In this document: one piece after another, positions 6,498 through 16,272 of the stretch | How positions within the stretch are numbered: position 1 is the stretch's first letter | Layout: every line of letters begins with the position of its first letter | DNA from: a virus | Reading direction: 5' to 3' (one strand) | Virus genome (UHGV): UHGV-0369712 | Length of the DNA stretch: 37,622 nt | Made by a program: the position numbers and the translations under genes | Notes under the pieces: generated by a model | Database searches by the model: none | Told to the model about the DNA's origin: nothing | The model's input: only the letters and a program-made list of their open reading frames with translations

Positions 6498-9277
6498 ATG
6501 AGTTTGCATGGAGCTGGAATGAACCACGGCCAGCCATTGATCCGGCCAGATTTACGGAGCACAGGCAGGAAACTGAAACCGACCTGCAACGCGCCATCCG
6601 TTACTACCTTGAGGCAGACAAAAAGGCTCTGGAAGAACAGGAAGCGAAGGAGGAAGCCTTTTTCGCACAATCCACCGTGGGTAAAAAACTCATGGCATCC
6701 CTTGAGGAAGCCGGACAGCGTGAAAAGCTGGCACAAAGCATCATCAGCAAGCGTCAGGCAACAGAACAAGACCCGGTGGCCCGTGCTTTTGCCACACTGA
6801 AGGTGCTTCCCGTTTATCTGCGTGAACCTCTGAGCCGCCACCTCTCTTTCCTGCGCAAAAAACAGGAAGCCGATCGCCAGAAAGGCAAAAAGAGCTGGCA
6901 GGCTGAACGCTACGCGCGCGGAACCCTGCGCAAAATATTCGAACGTCTGGACCGCACCGATCACCGCTGGCTGACACCGGGTTATCGCTCCCTTGCCGGA
7001 CGCGAACGCCTGGACGATTTGCTTTACCTGCCGCAGCTCAACAAACACCAGATACAGACGCTGGCCACCATGACGGCGGCGATGTTCAGCAGCACCTTCG
7101 AAAAACTCTGCGATGGCTTTGGCGCGACTGATGGCGAACTGACCATGGATGTAACGCTGAAGGCGTATCAGATGCTGGCCCGCATGGCGTTACACCTGCA
7201 CGCCATGCCTCCACATTATGACGCACTGACAACAGACAAAGACCGGAGGAACGAACCGGACACGGAGCTGCTGCCGGGCGCAATCCTTCGCTTGACCTGT
7301 GCGGAATGGTGGAAACGCAAACTGTGGCTGTTACGTTGTGAGTGGCGGGAAGAACAACTCCGCGCCGCCTGTCTGATTTCCAGAAAAACATCCCCCTATC
7401 TGAGCCAGGACGCGTTAAGCGAGTTTCGCGCACAGCGCGAGAAAACACGCGATTTCCTGAAAAGTTTCATGCTGGAAAATGAAGACGGGTTCACGATTGA
7501 TCTCGAGACGGTGTATTACGCGGGAGTAAGTAACCCGGTTCACCGTAAGGCAGAAATGATGGCCACCATGAAGGGACTGGAACTTCTGGCCGAAGCCCGT
7601 GGCGACAGAGCGGTGTTTCTGACCGTCACCTGCCCGTCAAAATACCACGCAACAACGGAGAACGGTCATCCGAACCCCAAATGGAACGGGGCCACCATGC
7701 GCGACTCCAGCGATTACCTGGTTAACACGTTTTTTGCGGCGGTCCGCAAAAAACTGAACCGCGACGGCCTGCGCTGGTATGGCATCCGCACGGTGGAGCC
7801 TCACCATGACGGCACTGTGCACTGGCATATGATGGTCTTTGCACATCCGGACGAGATTGAAACCATCGTGTCCCACGTCTGCGATATTGCCATTCAGGAG
7901 GACCGCCACGAGCTGGGCGATGACATAACTCCGCGTTTTAAGGCGGAGTATGTCGACGGCTCAAAAGGCACACCAACCAGCTACATCGCCACCTACATCG
8001 GAAAGAACCTGGACAGCCGCGCCGTGGATGGCATCGACCCGAAAACGGGCAAGCCACGCGTTGACCACGAAACCGGAAAATCAATGGCCGAGAGCGTGGA
8101 GCGCGCCATCGGCTGGGCGCGCCTTCACCGGGTCCGTCAGTTCCAGTTCTTTGGCATCCCCTCCCGTCAGGTGTGGCGTGAACTGCGCCGCCTTGCCAGC
8201 CAGATGGCACGCAATCCGGAAGGCCCGCAACGGCTGAAAGATGATGCAATGGATGCGGTACTCGCTGCCGCCGATGCCGGGTGTTTTGCCACCTACATTG
8301 AAAAACAGGGTGGCGTACTTGTTCCACGCAAAGACTACCTGATTCGCACCGCCTACGACCTCGCAGATGAGCTGAACGATTACGGCGAACAGAGCGTACA
8401 GATTTACGGGATCTGGTCGCCACTCATCGGGGAATCCTCCCGTGTGTGCACGCATCCGGATAACTGGAAGCTGGTAAGACGTAAACCGGAAACGGAAGAC
8501 AGCGCCCGCGAAAATGGTTTTGACCTTCAGGGCGGCCCTGCCGCCCCTTGGACTCGTGGCAATAACTGTCCCCGTGTACAGGAAACGGACAACAACGGGA
8601 CAGAACAGCAGGAAGAACGGCCAGCACTGTGGCCGCAGCTTCCTGACGGCGTTGATGTGGATGAATGGATGCGCTCACTGAAACGGCACGAACGCCGGGC
8701 GCTGATGCGTTCGCTTCGTGACAAACAGGCAAAAAACAGCAGTGATGAAATGCAGAGCTGGACACAGAGCCGCAAACAGCAGCGGCCTTTGCCTGATAAC
8801 CACGAATTACTCGCTAAAGAATGGCGGGAATCTGCCGAATCTCTCGGCCTGCATATCGGTGAACAGCAGATGCAGCACCTGTTACGAGGCGGCAGTCTGT
8901 ACGTTGACGGCAGCATCATTGCACCGCAGGGATTTGAAATTGTACGCAAACCAGATACCCGACCGGACAGCCGAATCACGCAGCTCTGGCAGCGCCTGAG
9001 CCGTAATCACGGCGTAAACAGCACGGAAATCCGCCATAACCCGATTTCCAGCTATCTGAAACAGCTCGGGGCATCAGACCCTGAAGCCGCTGCACGCCTG
9101 GCATCCACAATTCAGCAGGACCAGAACACCATGAAAACTCCCGTTACCGTGCTTTCTGACATGCTGCGCGCCATCCGTGACGCAGAGCACGCACAGAGAA
9201 TCAATGAAACCACTGAACGCGCACGTCACAAGGCGGGTCTGTTGCAGGACAAAGGCAATAGCGAGAAGAAAAAATAA
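6494..9277 (+). CDS. A: rolling-circle replication initiator (P2 gpA-like HUH endonuclease) with a long C-terminal extension
   Basis: About 930 aa; HUH-type motif VHWHMMVFAH and tyrosine pair SYIATYIGK as in P2/186 A; ATG 6494 preferred over GTG 6467 because of the ATGA coupling; last ~250 aa are low-complexity and R/Q/E-rich. Confidence 0.8.
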   Translation: MNEFAWSWNEPRPAIDPARFTEHRQETETDLQRAIRYYLEADKKALEEQEAKEEAFFAQSTVGKKLMASLEEAGQREKLAQSIISKRQATEQDPVARAFATLKVLPVYLREPLSRHLSFLRKKQEADRQKGKKSWQAERYARGTLRKIFERLDRTDHRWLTPGYRSLAGRERLDDLLYLPQLNKHQIQTLATMTAAMFSSTFEKLCDGFGATDGELTMDVTLKAYQMLARMALHLHAMPPHYDALTTDKDRRNEPDTELLPGAILRLTCAEWWKRKLWLLRCEWREEQLRAACLISRKTSPYLSQDALSEFRAQREKTRDFLKSFMLENEDGFTIDLETVYYAGVSNPVHRKAEMMATMKGLELLAEARGDRAVFLTVTCPSKYHATTENGHPNPKWNGATMRDSSDYLVNTFFAAVRKKLNRDGLRWYGIRTVEPHHDGTVHWHMMVFAHPDEIETIVSHVCDIAIQEDRHELGDDITPRFKAEYVDGSKGTPTSYIATYIGKNLDSRAVDGIDPKTGKPRVDHETGKSMAESVERAIGWARLHRVRQFQFFGIPSRQVWRELRRLASQMARNPEGPQRLKDDAMDAVLAAADAGCFATYIEKQGGVLVPRKDYLIRTAYDLADELNDYGEQSVQIYGIWSPLIGESSRVCTHPDNWKLVRRKPETEDSARENGFDLQGGPAAPWTRGNNCPRVQETDNNGTEQQEERPALWPQLPDGVDVDEWMRSLKRHERRALMRSLRDKQAKNSSDEMQSWTQSRKQQRPLPDNHELLAKEWRESAESLGLHIGEQQMQHLLRGGSLYVDGSIIAPQGFEIVRKPDTRPDSRITQLWQRLSRNHGVNSTEIRHNPISSYLKQLGASDPEAAARLASTIQQDQNTMKTPVTVLSDMLRAIRDAEHAQRINETTERARHKAGLLQDKGNSEKKK

Positions 9278-9457
9278 CCAAGAAAGAAATCATCAATTGT
9301 ATGAAGGTAGAGTTTAGACATGGTAAGGACGTTCCATGAGGCACACTGTAATTTCATATAGTATTCCTCTTCCCTGTTTGATAAAAAAGTGCAATACTAT
9401 AAATAGTCCAGTTAAATGCTTTTTCAATTCACTTAAAATCAAGAGGTTACAGTTAAG

Positions 9458-10579
9458 ATGGGCGACTTAGGTGGTATTCAGTCAGATTTAGCCCAACTAG
9501 TTAGACTGGTAATAACTGAACAGTATGATGACGTTCGGTTATATGTCGCTCGCTTGGTGCGTAAATATCGGGAAACTATGCCTGCTCTATCCGAGCAGCT
9601 TGATCTTTATCTACGAAATAAACCGCAAAAGCCTGCACAAAGCCTGCGTAAGGTTACCGCACCAAAACAAGCGCTGCCTCAAACCATGCCTGTGGACGAG
9701 GAGTCAAGGCTTACCTTGCTTAAAGCACCAAATGAAAAGATTGTGAGCAAACCTCTACTGTCCAGTCAGATAGAAGACTCACTGGATCAAATTATTCTTG
9801 AGCGGAAGCACATCGATCGCCTCAAGACTCTCGGCTTACAACCAACACGCTCTGCCATTTTTGTTGGCCCTCCGGGTGTAGGTAAAACACTTACGGCAAG
9901 CTGGTTAGCTCAGAAATTAGGGGTTCCTTTTTACGTTCTTGATTTAACGGCAGTAATGAGCAGCTATCTGGGCAAAAGCGGAAATAACCTTCGGGCAGCT
10001 TTAGATTTTGCGAAGAAAGGGCCGTGCGTTCTTCTGTTAGATGAAATTGATTCAATCGCCAAAAAGAGAAGTGATGATTCTGATGTTGGAGAATTAAAAA
10101 GACTTGTTACCGTGATACTCCAGGAGGTTGACGAATGGCCGTCTTCTAGTTTGCTACTTGCTGCAACTAACTTCGCTGAGTTGATTGATCCAGCACTATG
10201 GAGACGTTTTGATTTAGTGCTCAATTTTGAGAAGCCAGATAGCGAAAGTATTAAAGAAGCAATTAAACGCTTTTCAGGTCCCGACTACGCGATTTTTGCA
10301 CGTTGGATAGATCTACTGGCTATTATGTTCAAAAATGAATCTTTTAGTAATATTGAGCGTTCTATCAACAAATTCCGACGTTCGGTCGCTTTAGGTATTT
10401 CCTCAGATGAAGAGTTGATTGGGTCGTTCATTAAAGATGGTTTATCAGAATTAGACAGGAATGAACGTAAAGAAATTGCAGTTACTCTAAAAAGAAATTC
10501 TAAATTATCCCAGCATGCCATATCAGACTTAACCGGAGTCAGTAGGGATACAATTAGAAAATACAGTCAAAAAATGTAA
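9458..10579 (+). CDS. AAA+ ATPase (classical AAA clade), IetA-like candidate defence ATPase
   Basis: 373 aa; Walker A GPPGVGKT, Walker B VLLLDEID, sensor-1 ATN, arginine-finger region WRRFD; C-terminal HTH-like tail; AT-rich gene in the slot between A and the cos/Q region. Confidence 0.8.
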   Translation: MGDLGGIQSDLAQLVRLVITEQYDDVRLYVARLVRKYRETMPALSEQLDLYLRNKPQKPAQSLRKVTAPKQALPQTMPVDEESRLTLLKAPNEKIVSKPLLSSQIEDSLDQIILERKHIDRLKTLGLQPTRSAIFVGPPGVGKTLTASWLAQKLGVPFYVLDLTAVMSSYLGKSGNNLRAALDFAKKGPCVLLLDEIDSIAKKRSDDSDVGELKRLVTVILQEVDEWPSSSLLLAATNFAELIDPALWRRFDLVLNFEKPDSESIKEAIKRFSGPDYAIFARWIDLLAIMFKNESFSNIERSINKFRRSVALGISSDEELIGSFIKDGLSELDRNERKEIAVTLKRNSKLSQHAISDLTGVSRDTIRKYSQKM

Positions 10580-10602
10580 TACAGCATAGATAAGGAGTAT
10601 GT

Positions 10603-12828
10603 ATGGCGAAAACTAATTTTCTGATTGGACGCGGCGAATTATTAACCAGCGATATTCCTGGTCCTAAAAGAGTGCCCGGAAAAGCTGAGGTTTATTCTCT
10701 TTACGAATCGAAACAACGTTTATTGCCGCAAATTGCATCTACTATAGAAAATTTTGATGATTTACCCAGTCAGGCATGTCCTTATGATTATGCTGTGGCT
10801 AAGTTGACGTTGAATCCGAGCTATATTGCACGCTCTTTTTTTCCTGCAAAAATGCTTAAGTCTACCGGGTTAACGTCTATTGGCAGCAGGACGGTAAAAA
10901 TTACGCCTCAAAGCTGGAAGCGAAAAGTTACTGTGTCAGAAGTAACTACGACACAAATGTTTGTTGCTGGTAAAAGAGAATCCTTCAAAGAGTTACCTCA
11001 TTGGGTGTCAGGACTCAAAGAGTTTTCTGACGAAGCGATTGATTTTGCACGCATAGAACGGTTCGATGCCTATTTACCCGAAGAGCGTATTATTACCATT
11101 GGTGAGCAGGATTCTTCGTATTTTGAGGTTGGTGTTCATTTACTGCCAGATAATGAACAAGACTTGGTTCAGCAACAATTTGTTCAGTTTGCATCAAATT
11201 TGAACATCAAAGTACATACTTCATTAGCTTTTACCGCTGGTACATTATGGTTCGTGCCAATCCAGGCCGATAGAATTACTATTAGTAAGCTTGCGAAATT
11301 TACATTTGTACGAGTAATAAGACCGGTTCCAAGATTGCGTGGGATTAGACCAATACAAAGGAACTACGGTCCTTTAGCTCAGTGTAAATTGCCTGCTGAG
11401 GGCCCCGTATCTTCAGAAATAAAAGTTGCGATTCTTGATGGCGGTTTACCATCAGAGCACGCTATATCGCCATGGTTAAAATCCTATAGAGTTTTGGACG
11501 ATCATGCAGAGGATGATCCAGACGGTTTAGAGCATGGTTTAGCTGTGTCTTCAGCCTTTTTATTTGGACCAATAAGTAATAAATCGGAAGCGAAAAGACC
11601 ATACTCTTATATTGATAACTTAAGAGTTTTGGACAACAAGACCTGCCAAGAAGATCCGCTGGAACTATATCGAACTTTGGGCTTTATTGAAGAGGTATTG
11701 TTGTCTCGCCAGTATCAGTTTATCAATCTAAGTTTAGGTCCAGACCTACCAATTGAAGATACGGAAGTTCATGCATGGACTTCCGTTATTGATGATTTGT
11801 TAAGTGATGGTGAAACATTAATGACTGTTGCTGTTGGCAACAATGGAGAAATGGATCGCAAGTCTGGTAATGCAAGAATTCAAGTACCAGCCGATTGCGT
11901 TAATGCTCTTGCTGTTGGTGCTTGTGATACAGTTAATGATACGGAATGGAAACGAGCACCATATAGCGCCATTGGGCCAGGCAGAAGTCCTGGCGTGATG
12001 AAACCGGATTTAGTTGCGTTTGGTGGTGACACAGACGAGTACTTTCATGTCTTAGGTAAAGGTAAGAAGCCTGTAATCATACCCCAGCTAGGAACAAGCT
12101 TTGCCTCTCCTTACGCCTTACGAGCAGCTGTTGGTGTTCGGGCAATTTTAGGGAACGATTTGAGCCTACTAGCAATCAAAGCTTTGTTAATTCATGCGTC
12201 AAAACAGCTTGATCATCCTTGTATAGAAGTTGGCTGGGGAAAACTTCCTGAAGACTTGAACGACATTATAGTCAGCCCTGATGGTGTTGCCCGTATCGTC
12301 TACCAAGGTGAATTGAAACCAGGAAAATACTTACGCGCTCCTCTTCCAATACCTGAAGGTGGCTTGAAAGGTAGAATAAACTTAGCGGCAACTTTCTGTT
12401 ATGCAACAACCACTGATCCACAAGACCCAGCTTCCTATACAAAAGCTGGTTTGGAAGTGACATTCCGGCCAAATGATTCAAAAATCAAAGACGGAAAACA
12501 AAATGCTGAAACCAAGGGATTCTTTGAACTGGCCAAATATTCAACTGAAAGTGAGCGACGTTCTGACATGGGCAAATGGGAGACCGTCTTACATAATTCG
12601 AAGAACATGCTAGGTTCAACTCTAAAAAATCCTGTATTTGACATTCATTATAACGCTCGTGAGGCCGGTGCAAGCATAGCCAGCCATAAGGCAGAAAAAA
12701 TCAAGTATGCTCTTATAATTACCATTAAGGCATCAAAGCACCAAGACCTGTATAACGAAATTTTACGTACTTATAATCAGGTGCTCGTGCCAATTCAACC
12801 GCAAACATCAATTCCTATTCGTTCGTAA
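10603..12828 (+). CDS. subtilisin-like serine peptidase (S8 family), IetS-like
   Basis: 741 aa; catalytic triad motifs in order D (VAILDGG), H (LEHGLAVSS), S (GTSFASP), plus oxyanion AVGNNGE; 23 bp downstream of the ATPase with its own RBS. Confidence 0.8.
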   Translation: MAKTNFLIGRGELLTSDIPGPKRVPGKAEVYSLYESKQRLLPQIASTIENFDDLPSQACPYDYAVAKLTLNPSYIARSFFPAKMLKSTGLTSIGSRTVKITPQSWKRKVTVSEVTTTQMFVAGKRESFKELPHWVSGLKEFSDEAIDFARIERFDAYLPEERIITIGEQDSSYFEVGVHLLPDNEQDLVQQQFVQFASNLNIKVHTSLAFTAGTLWFVPIQADRITISKLAKFTFVRVIRPVPRLRGIRPIQRNYGPLAQCKLPAEGPVSSEIKVAILDGGLPSEHAISPWLKSYRVLDDHAEDDPDGLEHGLAVSSAFLFGPISNKSEAKRPYSYIDNLRVLDNKTCQEDPLELYRTLGFIEEVLLSRQYQFINLSLGPDLPIEDTEVHAWTSVIDDLLSDGETLMTVAVGNNGEMDRKSGNARIQVPADCVNALAVGACDTVNDTEWKRAPYSAIGPGRSPGVMKPDLVAFGGDTDEYFHVLGKGKKPVIIPQLGTSFASPYALRAAVGVRAILGNDLSLLAIKALLIHASKQLDHPCIEVGWGKLPEDLNDIIVSPDGVARIVYQGELKPGKYLRAPLPIPEGGLKGRINLAATFCYATTTDPQDPASYTKAGLEVTFRPNDSKIKDGKQNAETKGFFELAKYSTESERRSDMGKWETVLHNSKNMLGSTLKNPVFDIHYNAREAGASIASHKAEKIKYALIITIKASKHQDLYNEILRTYNQVLVPIQPQTSIPIRS

Positions 12829-12842
12829 TCCTTCAAGACATA

Positions 12843-12872
12843 ATGCCCCTCAATTTGAGGGGCATTTCTTTG
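12843..12872 (+). terminator. rho-independent terminator after the ATPase/protease cassette
   Basis: ATGCCCCTCAATTTGAGGGGCAT hairpin followed by a T-rich tract, immediately after the S8 stop. Confidence 0.65.
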
Positions 12873-12897
12873 CACAAAAGTGCACAAATTTGCACAA
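12871..12897. repeat. three direct TGCACAA repeats at exact 10-bp phasing (candidate protein-binding array near the presumed cos/packaging region)
   Basis: TGCACAAAAG TGCACAAATT TGCACAATTT at 12871, 12881 and 12891; lies in the non-coding region between the cassette and Q. Confidence 0.4.
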
Positions 12898-13320
12898 TTT
12901 TTTTGAACGACTTTTTGCCCTTCCGGCCCGCATGGCGGCTGGATCGGTCAAGGATCCGTGCGTGCACAAAAAAACGCGCTTTTTCTGCGCGCAGGTGACG
13001 GGGGAACAGCCCGCGTTTCAGGGGGTAAATAGCATTCCCTGAACGATGTCGCAGAGATACAACAGAATGGCTGTATTTCTCACGCTGAGCGTGAAAAAGA
13101 CGTGAGGGCTTTTGATTTATGGGGTGAAAGGTAAGGCCGTCAAAATCGCACTGAGACGGCGAGAACATGCAGTCAACGCGGTGGGATTGCGTAAGAGTCT
13201 GACTGTCGATGGTGGCGATAAACTGGAAGGCGTCGTGAAATTATCTGACTGATACAGGAGCTGGAGAGTCGGGGCATAAATTTTTTATGCCCCGGCGAAG
13301 CAGCAGACAAGCGAAGCGCG

Positions 13321-14367
13321 TCAGGATGTGGGCTGGGTGTCTAACAGTGCGTAAGGGTTAAAGCGGATCACCTCTTCGCCAAGCCAGTCATTGATGTGCT
13401 TCATGGCCTCCATGACAGGCATCAGCTCGTTAATTGCGTAAACCCGCGCGGCCTTCTCCACATCACCAAACGCACTTTTTTCGCCCGGCATCGCCCCCAT
13501 CAGTTGCGGCGGAACGCGGTGCGCAGCCAGCACATCATCACGGGATGCCGCCTTAACATTCATGAACTCATCCTTTGCGGTGATCTGCTGGAACGGCAAA
13601 ATTTGCACCCCCTCTTTGCCCCCGTTGGGAGCATGGATGAGCACGTTTTTAAACGCACCACCACCACGCGCACCCTGTAACGTTTCTTTCAGGGAGCCCA
13701 TGCTTTCGCGGTTTACCTGCGCTGCACCAATGTAGATGATGCACCCGGCGTGGGAGCCGTTGTCGTAGTACAGTTTTCTGAACATGTCCGCCGAATGAGA
13801 AAGGCTGGCCGAGAGTAATGCGCCAAGATATTCCGGCATGCCGTAGATTTCCTGATTAATATCCGGATTCATCAGATGGCACACTTTACCAGGGCGAAAC
13901 TCAAACGCGTCCTTGCCATCCTGCACATACCACCATGATTCAAGATCGCTTCCGCGTCGCATGTATTTCGCCAGTGCGTGCCGTAATTTAAGCGGTTCGC
14001 CGAGCATATTGCTTCGAAGCTCAAGGAATGCGTTACCGAACACAAACCAGTCCAGCGCCAGCGCCGAGAAATCCTGCCGGGAAAGCAGCGGGTGCGGGAT
14101 GTAGCAACCGAGCAATACATTGCGCTTAAAGTAAAGCGCAGACTGATGCCAGGACGTTTGCCGGGCGGCTCTTGCCAGACCGTACCAGTCCACCGGGGTT
14201 TCGTACCACCGCCCGTTATCAGCACAGTACATATTGTCCAGCAGGTCATGCCCGGTCAGGCGGTAAGGACCATCAAATGTGAATGCACTGAGCGACGATT
14301 CTTTCCTGAGCGCATCAGCAAGCTCAATGCGTGTACTCATGCGCACTTTTTTATTTTTTCTGCTCAT
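13321..14367 (-). CDS. Q: portal protein (P2 gpQ-like)
   Basis: 348 aa, about the size of P2 Q (344 aa) and at the Q position; start overlaps the P stop (ATGA), giving a P-Q operon as in P2. Confidence 0.85.
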   Translation of the reverse strand: MSRKNKKVRMSTRIELADALRKESSLSAFTFDGPYRLTGHDLLDNMYCADNGRWYETPVDWYGLARAARQTSWHQSALYFKRNVLLGCYIPHPLLSRQDFSALALDWFVFGNAFLELRSNMLGEPLKLRHALAKYMRRGSDLESWWYVQDGKDAFEFRPGKVCHLMNPDINQEIYGMPEYLGALLSASLSHSADMFRKLYYDNGSHAGCIIYIGAAQVNRESMGSLKETLQGARGGGAFKNVLIHAPNGGKEGVQILPFQQITAKDEFMNVKAASRDDVLAAHRVPPQLMGAMPGEKSAFGDVEKAARVYAINELMPVMEAMKHINDWLGEEVIRFNPYALLDTQPTS

Positions 14368-16118
14368 CAGAACTCCATAACCGTGAAACGCTCGTTTTCT
14401 CCTTCGCCGCCAATCGGTTCGTTAATGACAGCAAGCATGGTTGCCCACGCAAGGTCGCCGTGGCTGATCCCCCTCGCGCGGTCCGTTTCGTAAGTGATAA
14501 AGCCGCCCGGTGTTTTCACCTTACGCACGGCGTTAAAGGCTGCGACCAGCTCGCGTTCAGCGCGATCGTATTCCCACCGCCCGGCGCGCATTATTTGCAG
14601 CATTTTCAGTACCAGCGACCGTTTTGATGACAGCGTGAAGGTGTACGGAATAGCAGCAGGGAAAAACCGTTTCACTATCTGATAAACAGCCTCCCCGTTC
14701 CCGCCTGTCACATCAATGCCGATGTGTTCCACGTTGTAGCGACACGTGAACTCTTCAATGACTCTGGCCTGTTCTTCAAACTCCAGCCCCTGAACGCGTC
14801 GCGTCTCCACCGTTCGAAAACGGCCACCAGGAACAGCCGGAGGAACCACCACGGACACAGCGCCGCTGTCGCCGTTGCCACTGCTGCCGTTTGCGTCATA
14901 CCCAATCCATACCGGACGATTCCCCATCGGGCGGGGAGCAAAAGGTTTCCAGTCCTTCCAGTCGTCGTATCCGTCAACACCGCAGCCAATCAGGATATTC
15001 AGGTTAAATGCCGATTCCCCTTCGCGGACAAACTCACACATATAGAGATTGAGGAACTCGTCTTCGGTGTTTTCATCACGAATTTCGTCAATATCGGTGT
15101 GTTTCCAGCCGTGATTAACCACATCTTCCAGCGTGACAATCTGCCGCCACGTCCGGTCAGGGCAGATAAGCCCGTTATGCAGCGTTTTCCAGTCCACAGA
15201 AAAACGCTGGCGTTTATGCGTGGCCTTTTTCTCGTTCCAGCGGTCGCCATTCCAGTAGGCGTATGCCTCGTGCGTTTCGGTGGATGGCGTGGAGAAGTAG
15301 GTGCGCCGCAGTCCGCTGAGGGTTGCCATAGCGCCAGCCACCTTGCGCAGTTCAGCAAAGCGACTGACCCAGAAAAATTCATCAAAATAAAAATTGCCCG
15401 TATAGGACTGCGCCGACGCAGCAGAAGTGCCGAGAAAATGCAGCTCTGCGCCGTTGGAGAGGATGATTTTATCGCCCCCTTTCAGCTCCACATCAACTTC
15501 AGCCGCGGCCTTCTGAATAATGCTTTTAAACTGGAACGCCTGACGACGCGACGCAGACAAAAAAATCTGGTTACGCTGGTAAGGTTGCGCCACATCGTCA
15601 CGCAGCGCCATCAGCAGTGCTTCCTGTGCAAAATACCAGGTCGCCCCAATCTGTCGGGATTTCAGGATCATCCTGTTACGTATCCCGGCTTCCCTGCAAA
15701 GGGTCAGGGAGTCAAACCAGCCCCGCTGATGCCACTCCAGCCTGCTGATGATTTTTTCCCGCAGTGCGGCAATCTGTTCCGGCGTGAAATGATTTTTGAG
15801 TTTTTTCGCCCGGCCTTTCTTTCCTGCGGCCATCACATCCGGCTGGCCATCATGCAGCTTTTTAAGCTGCCGGGTCAGCAGGTCTATTTCCTTAAAGTCA
15901 CCGCCTGTTTTATTCTGTTTTTCAGTAAGCTGGATGAGGCGCGCATCGATGGACTGCGTGACACGCTGCACGGGTGGCGTTTCATCCCACTGGTCGCGTT
16001 TTTTCCACGCATAAATCGTGTTCGGGTTTATTCCCATCAGACGTGATATTTCTGCGGGCGGATAACCCTGCCAGTAAAGTTGCCGCGCACGCTGGCGCAC
16101 AAAAGCGTCCTGAATCAT
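14367..16118 (-). CDS. P: terminase large (ATPase) subunit (P2 gpP-like)
   Basis: 583 aa; P2 P is ~590 aa; N-terminal HTH-like segment; divergent from O as in P2. Confidence 0.85.
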   Translation of the reverse strand: MIQDAFVRQRARQLYWQGYPPAEISRLMGINPNTIYAWKKRDQWDETPPVQRVTQSIDARLIQLTEKQNKTGGDFKEIDLLTRQLKKLHDGQPDVMAAGKKGRAKKLKNHFTPEQIAALREKIISRLEWHQRGWFDSLTLCREAGIRNRMILKSRQIGATWYFAQEALLMALRDDVAQPYQRNQIFLSASRRQAFQFKSIIQKAAAEVDVELKGGDKIILSNGAELHFLGTSAASAQSYTGNFYFDEFFWVSRFAELRKVAGAMATLSGLRRTYFSTPSTETHEAYAYWNGDRWNEKKATHKRQRFSVDWKTLHNGLICPDRTWRQIVTLEDVVNHGWKHTDIDEIRDENTEDEFLNLYMCEFVREGESAFNLNILIGCGVDGYDDWKDWKPFAPRPMGNRPVWIGYDANGSSGNGDSGAVSVVVPPAVPGGRFRTVETRRVQGLEFEEQARVIEEFTCRYNVEHIGIDVTGGNGEAVYQIVKRFFPAAIPYTFTLSSKRSLVLKMLQIMRAGRWEYDRAERELVAAFNAVRKVKTPGGFITYETDRARGISHGDLAWATMLAVINEPIGGEGENERFTVMEF

Positions 16119-16272
16119 TGCTCCCCCTGAGTAATTACAGGAAGATTACCCGCGCGCGAAACCGTTCTCCTTAACCCCCTGTTCTGGCCGTTTTCTTACA
16201 ACAAAAGCCCTTTGTATCAGCCTGTTACGCTTTGCCATCATGACTGAAGAACCAGTCAGAGGGGCAAAAACT
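16119..16272. promoter_or_regulatory. divergent late-promoter region (P and O operons)
   Basis: Inferred from position between divergent P and O, as in P2; no Ogr-box (TGT-N12-ACA) confidently identified by eye. Confidence 0.35.

Noticed and set aside
6347-7048. Antisense ORFs inside large genes (for example 6347-7048 minus within A, 14724-16046 plus within P, 25301-26182 minus within H, 7938-8455 minus, 29856-30353 minus within T)
   Set aside because: They lie opposite well-supported phage genes with recognisable motifs and tight operon coupling; typical spurious frames in GC-rich DNA.
12990-13008. G-rich stretch GGTGACGGGGGAACAGCCC as candidate cos cohesive-end sequence
   Set aside because: Only about 13/19 match to the P2 cos end as I recall it; cannot be confirmed without alignment or end mapping, so not annotated as a feature.
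12833-13168. 111-aa minus-strand ORF in the cos-proximal intergenic region
   Set aside because: Arg/His-rich low-complexity translation, no RBS, overlaps repeat and hairpin sequence; likely non-coding packaging/regulatory DNA.
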